Origin: an uncultured delta proteobacterium
Lineage (GTDB): Bacteria > Desulfobacterota > Binatia > DP-6
Reading direction: 5' to 3'
DNA: 64,000 bases
Assembly (NCBI GenBank): GCA_963815115.1
Contig: CAWFFN010000009.1
Span: 1,024,001-1,088,000, forward strand
Shown: positions 19,684-28,650 of the stretch, one piece after another
How the letters are laid out: each line of letters begins with the position of its first letter
Position numbering within the stretch: position 1 is the stretch's first letter
The notes under the pieces: generated by a model
Told to the model about the DNA's origin: nothing
Seen by the model: only the letters and a program-made list of their open reading frames with translations
The model's database searches: none
Program-made: the position numbers and the translations under genes

Positions 19684-20115
19684 ATGCCTCCATCGAAAGA
19701 CATGATCGGGCGCGAGCTTTCGACCGGCAGCGCAACCGTCGATGCGGCTCACGTCGCCGCCTTCGCGAAGGCGTTGCGCGACCCGCACCCCGCCTACCAG
19801 GGCCCCGACGCGACGACGGCGCCGCTCACCTATCCCATCGCGTTCATGACTCAGGCGCTCGCGGGCGGCTCGAGCGCGTTCCTCGAGCTGGGCCTCAACT
19901 TCATGACGCTGGTGCACGGCGAGCAGGAGTTCGAGTATCTGCGCCCTGTCCGGCTCGGCGAGACCCTCACGCTCACGGGTCGGGTCGGCGACATCTACGA
20001 GAAGACGGGCTCGAGCGGAACGCTCGACTTCGTGGTCCTGGAGACCGAGGCCACGGACGCGGATGGCAAGCGGGTCTTCTACTCGCGCAACACGCTCATC
20101 TCGAAGAGGATCTGA
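19684..20115 (+). CDS. MaoC-like dehydratase, N-terminal/FAS1-type subunit
   Basis: FAKALRDPHP, LVHGEQEFEYLRP hot-dog fold. Confidence 0.85.
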   Translation: MPPSKDMIGRELSTGSATVDAAHVAAFAKALRDPHPAYQGPDATTAPLTYPIAFMTQALAGGSSAFLELGLNFMTLVHGEQEFEYLRPVRLGETLTLTGRVGDIYEKTGSSGTLDFVVLETEATDADGKRVFYSRNTLISKRI

Positions 20116-20116
20116 C

Positions 20117-20596
20117 ATGCCGCTCGACGCCAGGACCGTCCAGGTGGGCCAGGAGCTGCCAGCGCTCGACAAGGGCGCCATCACCAGGGAGATGCTGAAG
20201 GAATACGGTCCCGCCGCCGGCGATCCGAATCCGATGCATGTGGATGAGGAGTTTGCGAGGAATGCCGGCTACCCGGGTGTCTTCGCACACGGGATGCTCT
20301 CGATGGGGTACCTCGGGGAGTTCCTGGTGAACGCGGCCGGCGTCGGCAACGTCCGCAAGTTCCGCGCCCGCTTCGCCAAGCTCACCTGGCCGGGCGACAT
20401 CATCACCTGCAAGGGCACCGTCACCGCGGTGCGCGACGACGACGGCGTGCGGCTCGTCGACTGCGACATCTGGACCGAGACGCAGACCGGCGAACGCAAG
20501 GTCGTCGGCAGCGCCACGCTCGCCCTGCCGCGCTACGTCGCCGCCCACGAGGTCCGCGGCGGGCGACCGTCATCGAAGCAGCACGTCCACCGCTGA
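20117..20596 (+). CDS. MaoC family dehydratase, catalytic subunit
   Basis: GDPNPMHVD..FAHGML hydratase motif; C-terminal tail overlaps the convergent gene. Confidence 0.88.
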   Translation: MPLDARTVQVGQELPALDKGAITREMLKEYGPAAGDPNPMHVDEEFARNAGYPGVFAHGMLSMGYLGEFLVNAAGVGNVRKFRARFAKLTWPGDIITCKGTVTAVRDDDGVRLVDCDIWTETQTGERKVVGSATLALPRYVAAHEVRGGRPSSKQHVHR

Positions 20597-21052
20597 ATTC
20601 TTGGAGGCCAGGGCCGGGATCACGACATTCTGCAACCTGTCGATGTCGTCGGCGAGCTTCGTTGCGGCCACGTCGTCGAGAGGCCTGCCGGGGGCGGGAA
20701 ACCGGATCAGGTACGTTGGTGTCGTGAGACAGTACCTCTTCACGGTATAGACGACGCCGGTCCCCGGTAGCTGCTTCCAGGCGTCGAGGAAGGCTCCGAG
20801 CTCCTCCTCGCTGGGGCACTGCCGCTCCTCGAGGACCTTCCTCGCGAGAGGAAGGTCCAGAGACTCGCGGAACTGCAGGCGGTTGCTCAACACCGTCCGA
20901 AGCGAGAGCAGCTGTTCGGGGGTGCACTTGCTCGGGCTCGCCTCGAGGCTGGCGAGCTGGTGCGACACGCCGCAGCGCGCCCAGCCTGCATCTGCGGTCG
21001 CGAGCGCCAGTAACGCCGCCAGCAGCACGGATCGGGAGCGGGACTGGAACAT
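20570..21052 (-). CDS. Hypothetical secreted protein
   Basis: AGGAGGAGG RBS; signal peptide MFQSRSRSVLLAALLALATADAGWA; 4 Cys. Confidence 0.6.
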   Translation of the reverse strand: MFQSRSRSVLLAALLALATADAGWARCGVSHQLASLEASPSKCTPEQLLSLRTVLSNRLQFRESLDLPLARKVLEERQCPSEEELGAFLDAWKQLPGTGVVYTVKRYCLTTPTYLIRFPAPGRPLDDVAATKLADDIDRLQNVVIPALASKNSAVDVLLR

Positions 21053-21079
21053 GGTCCTCCTCCTTTCCGGGGTCGGCGA

Positions 21080-21095
21080 AGCAGGTGCTGTGCCA
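21080..21095 (-). promoter_or_regulatory. Sigma54 (-24/-12) promoter TGGCACAGCACCTGCT
   Basis: TGGCAC-N5-CTGCT with GG-N10-GC spacing, just upstream of the 21052 gene's RBS. Confidence 0.6.
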
Positions 21096-21310
21096 GCCGT
21101 TTCCCGCGGGGACATGTCCCCAGAGGCTCGCAACCTTCGCCGTGCCACGCCCGCCTGCGTCGGCAGCTGCGTCACGAAACGAGAGCACCTGCTGTCGCGA
21201 AGCGCCACCCACCGACCGTTCCGTCGCGTTCTCATCGAACATGAGGCGAGATGGCGCCGTCGGCTGCCTTGCGCGATGCGACGGCGCACGCCCATCGGGC
21301 GGCTCGCTTC

Positions 21311-21340
21311 TTGACACGAGCCGACACGGTTCGCCATACG
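21311..21340 (+). promoter_or_regulatory. Putative promoter TTGACA-N18-CATACG for the thiolase operon
   Basis: 23/30 identical to 19647-19676. Confidence 0.55.
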
Positions 21341-21389
21341 GATCCGAGTGCCGTCATCGCAGCACATGATCGTCTCCGACGGGCGGTAG

Positions 21390-22556
21390 GTGTCGGTGCG
21401 CGATACCGCCCGCCTGCGCAACCGCCACGCGGTGGCAGGCATCGGCCTGTCGCGCTTCGGGAAGGTGCCCGGCGTGAGCGCGATGGGCTTCTGCCTCGAG
21501 GCCGCCAAGCGCGCCATCGACGACTGCGGCGTGGCGCGCGATCAGATCGACGGCGTGCTCTGCCTGATGCCCGCACAGATGGGCGAGCAGCACGGCTGGG
21601 CGTCGCGGGTGGCCGCGTTCCTCGGCATCACCCCGTCGTTCTGCGCCACCATGGACATGGGCGGTGCGACGGCGGTCGGCATGATGCAGACCGCCGTGAT
21701 GGCGATCGAGGCGGGTTTCTGCGAGGTCGTGCTGTGCACGTTCGGGACGCAGACCAATCCGCAGGGAATCATCCCGCAGCTCTTCGGCTCGCCCTGGACG
21801 ATCCCCTACGGCGACGTCGGCGCCATCACCTTCATGGGGCACCTGGCGCGACGGCAGATGCACGAGCACGGCATCACCAGCGTCGACTACGGCCACATCG
21901 CGGTCACCTGGCGGCGTCACGCGCTGCGCAACCCCGACGCCCAGATGAAGAAGCCCATCACGCTCGAGGATCATCAGTCGTCGCGTTTCGTGAACGAGCC
22001 GCTGCGTCTGTTCGACTGCTGCCTGTTCACGGACGGAGGCGGAGCGTTCGTCGTCACCACGGCCGAGCGCGCGCGCGATCTCCGGCAGCGACCCGCGCTC
22101 ATCGCCGGGCTGGGGCAGGTGCACTCCTCCGAGGTCATCCGCCCGTACGACGACGGCCGCGGCGGGGGCCGCGAGGCGGGCGCGCAGGCCTATCGCATGG
22201 CCGGCTGCGCGCCGGCGGACATCGACGTGGCGCAGCTCTACGACGCCTTCACGCCGCGCGTGGTGCACGACCTGGTGCACTACGGCTTCGCCGGCTGGGA
22301 CGAGGTGGGTCCGCTCGCCGCGTCGGGGCAGCTCACCCTGGGGGGCAAGCTGCCGTGCAACACGGCCGGCGGCCTGCTCTCGGAGGGACACCTGTCGGGC
22401 ATGAACCACGTCGCGGAGGCGGTCCGGCAGGTCAGGGGCACGTCGTGCAACCAGGTGGCGGGCGTGGCGCTCTCCATGGTGACGGGCTACGGCGGCGCAC
22501 CCCACGAGGCGCCGCCGACCGTCGCCTACACCGCGGCCATCCTGTCCCGGCCATGA
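21390..22556 (+). CDS. SCP-x/Ltp2-type thiolase-fold protein lacking the catalytic Cys
   Basis: MGGATA at the nucleophile site, EPLRLFDCC, QLYDAFT, NTAGGLLSEGH. Confidence 0.85.
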   Translation: MSVRDTARLRNRHAVAGIGLSRFGKVPGVSAMGFCLEAAKRAIDDCGVARDQIDGVLCLMPAQMGEQHGWASRVAAFLGITPSFCATMDMGGATAVGMMQTAVMAIEAGFCEVVLCTFGTQTNPQGIIPQLFGSPWTIPYGDVGAITFMGHLARRQMHEHGITSVDYGHIAVTWRRHALRNPDAQMKKPITLEDHQSSRFVNEPLRLFDCCLFTDGGGAFVVTTAERARDLRQRPALIAGLGQVHSSEVIRPYDDGRGGGREAGAQAYRMAGCAPADIDVAQLYDAFTPRVVHDLVHYGFAGWDEVGPLAASGQLTLGGKLPCNTAGGLLSEGHLSGMNHVAEAVRQVRGTSCNQVAGVALSMVTGYGGAPHEAPPTVAYTAAILSRP

Positions 22557-23392
22557 CGGTCACGCGGCGCGATCTCGTCGTCGACGGACTGCGGCTCCAC
22601 GTCGCCGAGGCGGGCGAGGGTCCGGCGCTGCTGCTGGTGCACGGCCTGACGGCGTCGCACGCGGTGTGGGAGCACACGCTCGCGGCCTTCGCGGAGCGCT
22701 GGCACGTGATCGCGCTCGACCTGCCCGGCCACGGTTCGTCGGCCAAGCCCGATGCGCCCTACACCATCGACTTCTTCGCCGGCATGGTGCGCAGCCTGGC
22801 GCGTGCCATCGGCGTCGACGAGGCGGTGGTGGTCGGCAGCTCGCTCGGCGGCCGCGTCGCGCTGGAGCTGGCGGCCTGGTATCCGACCTTCACCCGCGCG
22901 CTCGTTCTCGCGGCGCCCGCCTACGGATACTCGCCCGCCATGCGACCGATCGGCCGCGCCCTGCAGGCGTTCACCGGACCGCGCGTGCTGCGGGCCACCC
23001 TGGACGAGGCGTTCCAGCAGAGCTTCCACGATCGGCGCACGATCGGCCACGTGACTCGCCGCCGTATCCTGGAGGAGCGCCTGCTCGCGGAGGACTTCCC
23101 GGAGTTCGCGCGCGCCGTGGCGCGATCGCTCGGCGGCGTGCTGGCGGCCGATGTGCAGCCGCTCGAGCGCGTGCACCAGCCCGTCCTGCTGGTGTGGGGG
23201 CGGCAGGACCGTCTCGTGCCGCTCGCGCGCAGCACGCGCCTGCTGCTACACGTCCCGCATGCCCGCCTGCACGTGCTCGATCGGTGCGGGCATCTGCCGA
23301 TGCTGGAGCAGCCGGCGGCGTTCAATCACGTGGTGAGCGAGTTCCTGCGCGCCGCGCTGGCGGCGCCGCGTCCGGTCGCCGGAGTCGTGTGA
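22553..23392 (+). CDS. Alpha/beta fold hydrolase
   Basis: VHGL, DLPGHG, GSSLGG, WGRQD, GHLPMLE; ATGA overlap. Confidence 0.88.
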   Translation: MTVTRRDLVVDGLRLHVAEAGEGPALLLVHGLTASHAVWEHTLAAFAERWHVIALDLPGHGSSAKPDAPYTIDFFAGMVRSLARAIGVDEAVVVGSSLGGRVALELAAWYPTFTRALVLAAPAYGYSPAMRPIGRALQAFTGPRVLRATLDEAFQQSFHDRRTIGHVTRRRILEERLLAEDFPEFARAVARSLGGVLAADVQPLERVHQPVLLVWGRQDRLVPLARSTRLLLHVPHARLHVLDRCGHLPMLEQPAAFNHVVSEFLRAALAAPRPVAGVV

Positions 23393-23820
23393 TGTTCACC
23401 ATCGACAAGCCGCTGCCCGCGATCACGGAGGACGGCGCGCCCTACTGGGCCGCCTGCCGCGAGGGCCGGCTCGCCGTCCAGCGCTGCACCGGCTGCGGCC
23501 ACCTGCGCTTTCCGCCGGCCGTTCTCTGTCCCAGGTGCCTCGTCGAAGAGCACGAATGGACGCCGCTCTCCGGGCGCGGGGCGATCTACTCCTTCATCGT
23601 CGTCCACCGGCCGCAGCACCCGGCCTTCTTCGCCGATGCCCCGTACAACGTGGCCATCGTCGAGCTGGAGGAAGGCATCCGGCTGCACGCCAACGTGATC
23701 GGGTGTCCCAACGACGAGCTGCGCATCGGGATGCCGGTCGAGGTGGTGTTCGAGAAGATCGACGACGAGGTGACGCTGCCACGGTTCCGCCCACGGCGGT
23801 CGGGTCAGCCCCAGCCGTGA
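23392..23820 (+). CDS. DUF35 Zn-ribbon/OB-fold protein
   Basis: CTGCG..CPRC, GAIYSF, VELEEG, IGMPVEV. Confidence 0.9.
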   Translation: MFTIDKPLPAITEDGAPYWAACREGRLAVQRCTGCGHLRFPPAVLCPRCLVEEHEWTPLSGRGAIYSFIVVHRPQHPAFFADAPYNVAIVELEEGIRLHANVIGCPNDELRIGMPVEVVFEKIDDEVTLPRFRPRRSGQPQP

Positions 23821-24845
23821 GGCGTATCCTCGTCGTCACGCTCGCGTGTGTCGTGGCCGTCCTGGTCACGGGCTGTGACTGGCTCGTCGACCGTCAGATC
23901 GAGCGCGGGCTGCGCCACACGCGGACCGACCTCCTGGCCGCGCCCGATCTTCACGTCGTCCTCTGCGGCACCGGCTCGCCGTTGCCCGATCCCCGCCGTG
24001 CCTCGGCCTGCACCGCGATCGTGGCGGGCGGCGAGCTGCTGCTGGTGGACGCCGGACCGGGCTCCTGGGAGGTCGTCGACGGCGCGGGACTTCCCGGTGC
24101 GGCGCTGAGCGGCGTCCTCCTCACGCACTTCCATTCCGATCACATCGGCGACCTCGGCGAGGCGATCACCCAGAGCTGGATCGCCGGGCGGTCCCGCCCC
24201 CTCGACGTGTACGGCCCTCCGGGCACGGCGCGCGTCGTCGACGGGTTCGCAGAGGCCTACGCCGCCGACGTCGGCTACCGCGTGGCGCACCACGGCGAGG
24301 CCGCGATGCCCCGGGCGGCCGCCGGCGCCGTGGCCCACGAGGTCACGCTGGGTCCGGAGCCGGACGCGTCGGCAACGGTCTTCGATCGCAACGGACTCCG
24401 CGTGACGATGTTCCGCGTTGATCATGCCCCGGTCGAGCCCGCCGTCGGCTATCGCTTCGACTACAAGGGCCGCTCCGTGGTGGTGAGCGGCGACACCCGC
24501 AAGAGCGCCAGCGTCGCGGAGCACGCCCGCGGTGCCGACCTGCTGGTGCACGAGGCGCTGCAGCGCGATCTCATCGGACGCGTGCCGCCGGTGGCCACTC
24601 GACTGGGCAACTCGAGGCTCGCGAAGATGGCGGGGGACATCCTCACCTACCACACGACGCCGGTGGAGGCGGCCGAGGTCGCCCGCGACGCCGGTGTCGG
24701 GCATCTCGTGCTGACGCACCTCGTCCCGGGCCCGTCGAACTTCCTCACCCGGAGGATGTTCCTGCGCGGGGTCGCGGACACCTACCACGGCGAGGTGACG
24801 CTCGGAGAGGACGGTGACGAGTTCGTGCTCGCGCCGAAAGGGTAG
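23817..24845 (+). CDS. MBL-fold metallo-hydrolase (RNase Z/arylsulfatase-like), probably exported or lipoprotein
   Basis: GTGSP, THFHSDH, SGDT, YHT, LTHL; N-terminal VLVTGC lipobox-like. Confidence 0.85.
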   Translation: MRRILVVTLACVVAVLVTGCDWLVDRQIERGLRHTRTDLLAAPDLHVVLCGTGSPLPDPRRASACTAIVAGGELLLVDAGPGSWEVVDGAGLPGAALSGVLLTHFHSDHIGDLGEAITQSWIAGRSRPLDVYGPPGTARVVDGFAEAYAADVGYRVAHHGEAAMPRAAAGAVAHEVTLGPEPDASATVFDRNGLRVTMFRVDHAPVEPAVGYRFDYKGRSVVVSGDTRKSASVAEHARGADLLVHEALQRDLIGRVPPVATRLGNSRLAKMAGDILTYHTTPVEAAEVARDAGVGHLVLTHLVPGPSNFLTRRMFLRGVADTYHGEVTLGEDGDEFVLAPKG

Positions 24846-24908
24846 GCGCGCGCGTCCGACCGGGCGTGCCGGTTTGACTCGGGCGGGGCGCCACCCTACC
24901 GAGCCTTC

Positions 24909-25715
24909 ATGAAGCTCGGCGTGATGATCCGGAACATGGGGCCCGCCTCCACCCGCGAGATCGTCGCCGCGGCGGCGCGCGCGACCGACGCCGTCCCCGC
25001 CGTCGCGGACGTCTGGGTCGTCGACCACATCGCGATTCCGCCCGACGACGCGGAGGGCTCCGGGGGCCGCTACCTCGATCCGCTCGCCACGCTCGCGTTC
25101 CTCGCCGGGGTCACGACGCGTGTCGGGCTGGGGAGCGCCGTGCTCGTGCTCCCCTATCGCCCGGCGCTCCCGACGGCGAAGTGGGTGGCCACCATCCAGG
25201 AGCTGTCGGGCGAGCGACTTCTCCTCGGCGTCGGGGTCGGATGGATGGCCGCCGAGTTCCGTGCCCTCGGTGTCGACCGCTCGCGGCGTGGTCGCATTGC
25301 CGACGAGACGCTCGCGTTCCTGGACGGTTGTTTCGCCGGCGACATCGTGTACGCGAACGACCAGCCGTTCCTCTTTCAGCCCCGCCCAGCACGGCCGCCG
25401 CTGTTCATCGGCGGCTCGCCGCCGCTCGCGTTCCCCCGCGCGCTCGCGCATCGGGCGGGCTGGATGCCCATGGGCCTCGCGCCCGAAGCGCTGCGCGGGC
25501 CGGCGTCCGACCTCCGGCAACAGGCCGCTGCCGCCGGGCTTCCCGCTCCGGAGATCGCCGTCCTGACGGCGCTGCCGCTCGGTGATCCGCCCGCGGCGCG
25601 CGCCCTCGTGGCGGCGTATCGCGACGCCGGAGCCACCCGCCTGATCCACGGCGGCCGCTACACCGGGCTCGACGAGTTTCGTCGCGGCCTGGACGGAGTC
25701 GCCGCGGCGGCGTGA
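24909..25715 (+). CDS. LLM-class flavin/F420-dependent oxidoreductase
   Basis: WVVDH, DPLATLAFLAG, GVGVGW..EF, FIGG. Confidence 0.85.
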   Translation: MKLGVMIRNMGPASTREIVAAAARATDAVPAVADVWVVDHIAIPPDDAEGSGGRYLDPLATLAFLAGVTTRVGLGSAVLVLPYRPALPTAKWVATIQELSGERLLLGVGVGWMAAEFRALGVDRSRRGRIADETLAFLDGCFAGDIVYANDQPFLFQPRPARPPLFIGGSPPLAFPRALAHRAGWMPMGLAPEALRGPASDLRQQAAAAGLPAPEIAVLTALPLGDPPAARALVAAYRDAGATRLIHGGRYTGLDEFRRGLDGVAAAA

Positions 25716-25726
25716 ACGCCGGGACG

Positions 25727-25880
25727 TTGACTGCCCTCTCGCCGGCGGGTATCCCGGCAGTGCCCCTTCCCGGGGCCGCATGAGGCGCTAGAGCTCCAAC
25801 TCACTCCGGAGCGTTCCGGACTGGCCTCTCGCCGCTGGCGAGAGTGGGCCGCCGCGCTGCGCGGCGATGGAGTTCGTCCC
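25727..25880 (+). promoter_or_regulatory. Promoter TTGACT-N17-TATCCC plus structured 5' leader with uORF (possible attenuator)
   Basis: -35 at 25727, -10 at 25750; ATG-AGG-CGC-TAG at 25780-25791; hairpins TCCGGA/TCCGGA and CTCTCGCC/GGCGAGAG. Confidence 0.4.
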
Positions 25881-27395
25881 ATGGTGCTGTCCCTGGCGCA
25901 CGTGTCGTTCGCCTACGCGGACGCCGTGCCGATTCTCATCGAGGTCACGCATGCCTTCGAGCCCGGATGGCACGGGCTCGTCGGTGCGAACGGCTCCGGC
26001 AAGACCACCTTGCTGGGCCTCCTGTCGGGCGCGCTGCAACCGAGCCGGGGCCTGGTGCGTCGACTGCCTCCTGGCCTCACCGTCCGGTCGTGCCCGCAGG
26101 GAGTCGAAGACCTCGAGCACGACGTCGTCGCCTTCGCGGCGGCGAAGAGCGGGCTCGCGTCGAGACTCCGAGGCCGCCTGGCGCTCGACCCGCGAACGCT
26201 CGAGCGCTGGGCCTCGCTCTCGCCCGGCGAGCGCAAGCGCTGGCAGGTGGGGGCGGCACTCGCCGACGATCCCGGCGTCCTGCTGCTCGACGAGCCGACG
26301 AACCATCTCGACCGGGAGGGACGGGCGCTCCTGCTCGAGGTCCTCATGCGCTTCCGCGGGATCGGCATCGTCGTCTCCCACGACCGCGGCCTGCTGAACG
26401 CCCTCACCACCGCCACGCTCCGCCTCGCGGGCGGCGCGCTGCGCGCCTGGCCGGAAGGGTACGACGTGGCGCGCGATCTCTGGGAGGCGGAGGAGCGCCG
26501 CGAGCAGGAGACCTATCGCGCCGTCCGTGCGAAGGCGCACCGGCTCGAGCGCCGCCTCGCGCACTCGCTGGAGCAGCGCTCGCACGCTGCTGCCCGGATG
26601 CGCACCAGCAAGCGGATGAAGGGTCCGCGCGACAGCGCCGCCCGCGGCGCCTTCAAGGCCGCGCGGCGGCGCTCGGCCGAGAAATCCTGGGCGCGACAGG
26701 TCCGCCTGGTCGACCATGCGCTCGAGCGCGTCCAGGCCGAGGCGGCACGATATCACTTCGAACGCCGGCTGGGCCGCCATCTCGACGTGGCGGAGGCGCG
26801 CGCCGCGGCGCCCGTGGTGCTCCGCATCGATGCCTCCGTCCTCCGGGCCGGTGCGCGCGACCTCCTGCACGACGTGCATCTCACGCTGGCGCGCTCCGAT
26901 CGCGTCCGCGTCTTCGGCCCGAACGGCGCCGGCAAGAGCACGCTGCTCGGCGCGTTGCTCGACGCGGCGACCCTGCCGCGCGATCGCATCCTGCATCTGC
27001 CGCAGGAGCTGAGCGGCACCTCGGGCGCGGCGTGCCTCGAGGACGTGCGCCGCCTTCCCGCCGAGACGCGCGGCCGGCTTCTCACCATCCTCGCCGGCCT
27101 CGGCGTCGACCCGGACCGGCTGCTCGCGTCGCGCAGGCCGTCCCCGGGGGAGGCGCGGAAGCTCTGGCTGGCGCATGGCCTGGCGCGGCAGGTGTGGGCC
27201 GTCGTGCTGGACGAGCCCACCAACCACCTCGACCTGCCGTCGATCGAGCGCCTGGAGGACACGCTGGCGGACTACTCCGGGGCCCTCCTGCTGGTCACCC
27301 ACGACGATGCGCTGGCACGCCGCGTGACGGCGACGCGGTGGGCGATCGAGGCGGGCCGCGTCGAGGTCGTCTCCGAGCTCGCGGCGGCACCGTGA
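25881..27395 (+). CDS. ABC-F family ATPase (ribosome-associated, ARE-like)
   Basis: Two NBDs ([16 protein letters not shown]), LSPGE, two DEPTNHLD, long helical linker, no TM segments. Confidence 0.85.
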   Translation: MVLSLAHVSFAYADAVPILIEVTHAFEPGWHGLVGANGSGKTTLLGLLSGALQPSRGLVRRLPPGLTVRSCPQGVEDLEHDVVAFAAAKSGLASRLRGRLALDPRTLERWASLSPGERKRWQVGAALADDPGVLLLDEPTNHLDREGRALLLEVLMRFRGIGIVVSHDRGLLNALTTATLRLAGGALRAWPEGYDVARDLWEAEERREQETYRAVRAKAHRLERRLAHSLEQRSHAAARMRTSKRMKGPRDSAARGAFKAARRRSAEKSWARQVRLVDHALERVQAEAARYHFERRLGRHLDVAEARAAAPVVLRIDASVLRAGARDLLHDVHLTLARSDRVRVFGPNGAGKSTLLGALLDAATLPRDRILHLPQELSGTSGAACLEDVRRLPAETRGRLLTILAGLGVDPDRLLASRRPSPGEARKLWLAHGLARQVWAVVLDEPTNHLDLPSIERLEDTLADYSGALLLVTHDDALARRVTATRWAIEAGRVEVVSELAAAP

Positions 27396-27409
27396 ACCGC
27401 CGTCGGCTC

Positions 27410-28030
27410 TCAGATCTTCGGGATGCGCACCGTCTTGCTGATCATCAGCGAGCCCGACAGCGCCCACAGCCCGACGAGCGGATGCAGGACGGCGGGGCCG
27501 AGCACGAGGGCGCCGCCCCACAGCCGGTCGCCGATGCGGTCGCCGTTCAGCGCGAGGGCGATCAGGCAGACGAGCAGCACGCTGGTCGGAATGGGCGTGC
27601 CCTCGAAGTAGCGGACCTTGTCGCCGCCCTGTGACAGCGCGTCGGCGGTGACGTTGAATCGTGCCAGCCGGCTGACCCCGCAGCACACGAAGTAGATCAG
27701 CACCACCTGGTCCCAGCCGCCGCGCATGCCGGCGGCGAAGGCGAGGAGCGCCGGGGCGACGCCGAACGAGATCACGTCCGCGAGCGAGTCCAGCTCGCGG
27801 CCGAGGAGCGAGTGCTTCTGGCGCCAGCGCGCGACGCGTCCGTCGACCACGTCCAGCAGGAGCGCGAGGGGCAGGAGCGCGCACGCGACCAGCAGGTGGC
27901 CGCGCCCCCCGTCGGCCACGAAGCGCAGGGCCGAGAAGCACGCCGAGACCCCGGCGGCGGCGTTCCCCAGGGTCAGCCAGTCCGCGGCATGGAAGCCGCG
28001 GAGCATCGAAAAGTGACGCGCGTCGCCCAT
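27410..28030 (-). CDS. pssA: CDP-diacylglycerol--serine O-phosphatidyltransferase
   Basis: DVVDGRVAR..GRELDSLAD, RLARFN, FEGTPIP. Confidence 0.85.
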   Translation of the reverse strand: MGDARHFSMLRGFHAADWLTLGNAAAGVSACFSALRFVADGGRGHLLVACALLPLALLLDVVDGRVARWRQKHSLLGRELDSLADVISFGVAPALLAFAAGMRGGWDQVVLIYFVCCGVSRLARFNVTADALSQGGDKVRYFEGTPIPTSVLLVCLIALALNGDRIGDRLWGGALVLGPAVLHPLVGLWALSGSLMISKTVRIPKI

Positions 28031-28077
28031 GGCGCGGCAGACTAGGCGGCTTGCCCTCGATGTGGAACAAGCCCGGG

Positions 28078-28638
28078 ATGCAGCCCGTCCCGCTGACGCC
28101 TCACGCCCGGACTGCCACCGGTGCCGTGCGGCGCGTGGACGGCTGCGTGCAGCGTGCTCGTGACGGGACGCTGATAGTCAGATTCGGCCTCGAGGGACGG
28201 CTTTCCGCCCTGCGCATCCCGCCGACGACGGAGCCGCGACGCGGACACGAGCTCTGGCGGCACACGTGCTTCGAGGCCTTCGTCGCTCGTGACGGCACCA
28301 CCGAGTATCACGAGGTCAACCTCGCGCCCTCGCGGGAGTGGGCGGTGTACGCTTTTCGCGCCTATCGCGACGGCGAGCCGCTGGACGACGAGGCACTGGC
28401 GCCCCGGATCGCCGTGCGCCGGCAGGCGGATCGGCTCGAGCTGGACGCGCTCGTCGCGCTCGACCGGCTCTCGCCGCGGCATCGCGACGAGGCGCTGCGT
28501 GTCGCGCTGTCCGCCGTCGTCGAGGAGCACGACGGCACGCTGTCGTACTGGGCCCTGCGCCATCCGTCCGGCACGCCCGACTTCCATCACGCCGATGGGT
28601 TCGTGCTGCGGCTGGAGCCGCCCGACGTCGCGTGCTAG
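28078..28638 (+). CDS. DOMON-like domain protein
   Basis: LWRHTCFEAF, WAVYAFRAYR, SYWAL.H..PDFH. Confidence 0.78.
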   Translation: MQPVPLTPHARTATGAVRRVDGCVQRARDGTLIVRFGLEGRLSALRIPPTTEPRRGHELWRHTCFEAFVARDGTTEYHEVNLAPSREWAVYAFRAYRDGEPLDDEALAPRIAVRRQADRLELDALVALDRLSPRHRDEALRVALSAVVEEHDGTLSYWALRHPSGTPDFHHADGFVLRLEPPDVAC

Positions 28639-28650
28639 GCGCCTGAGGCC

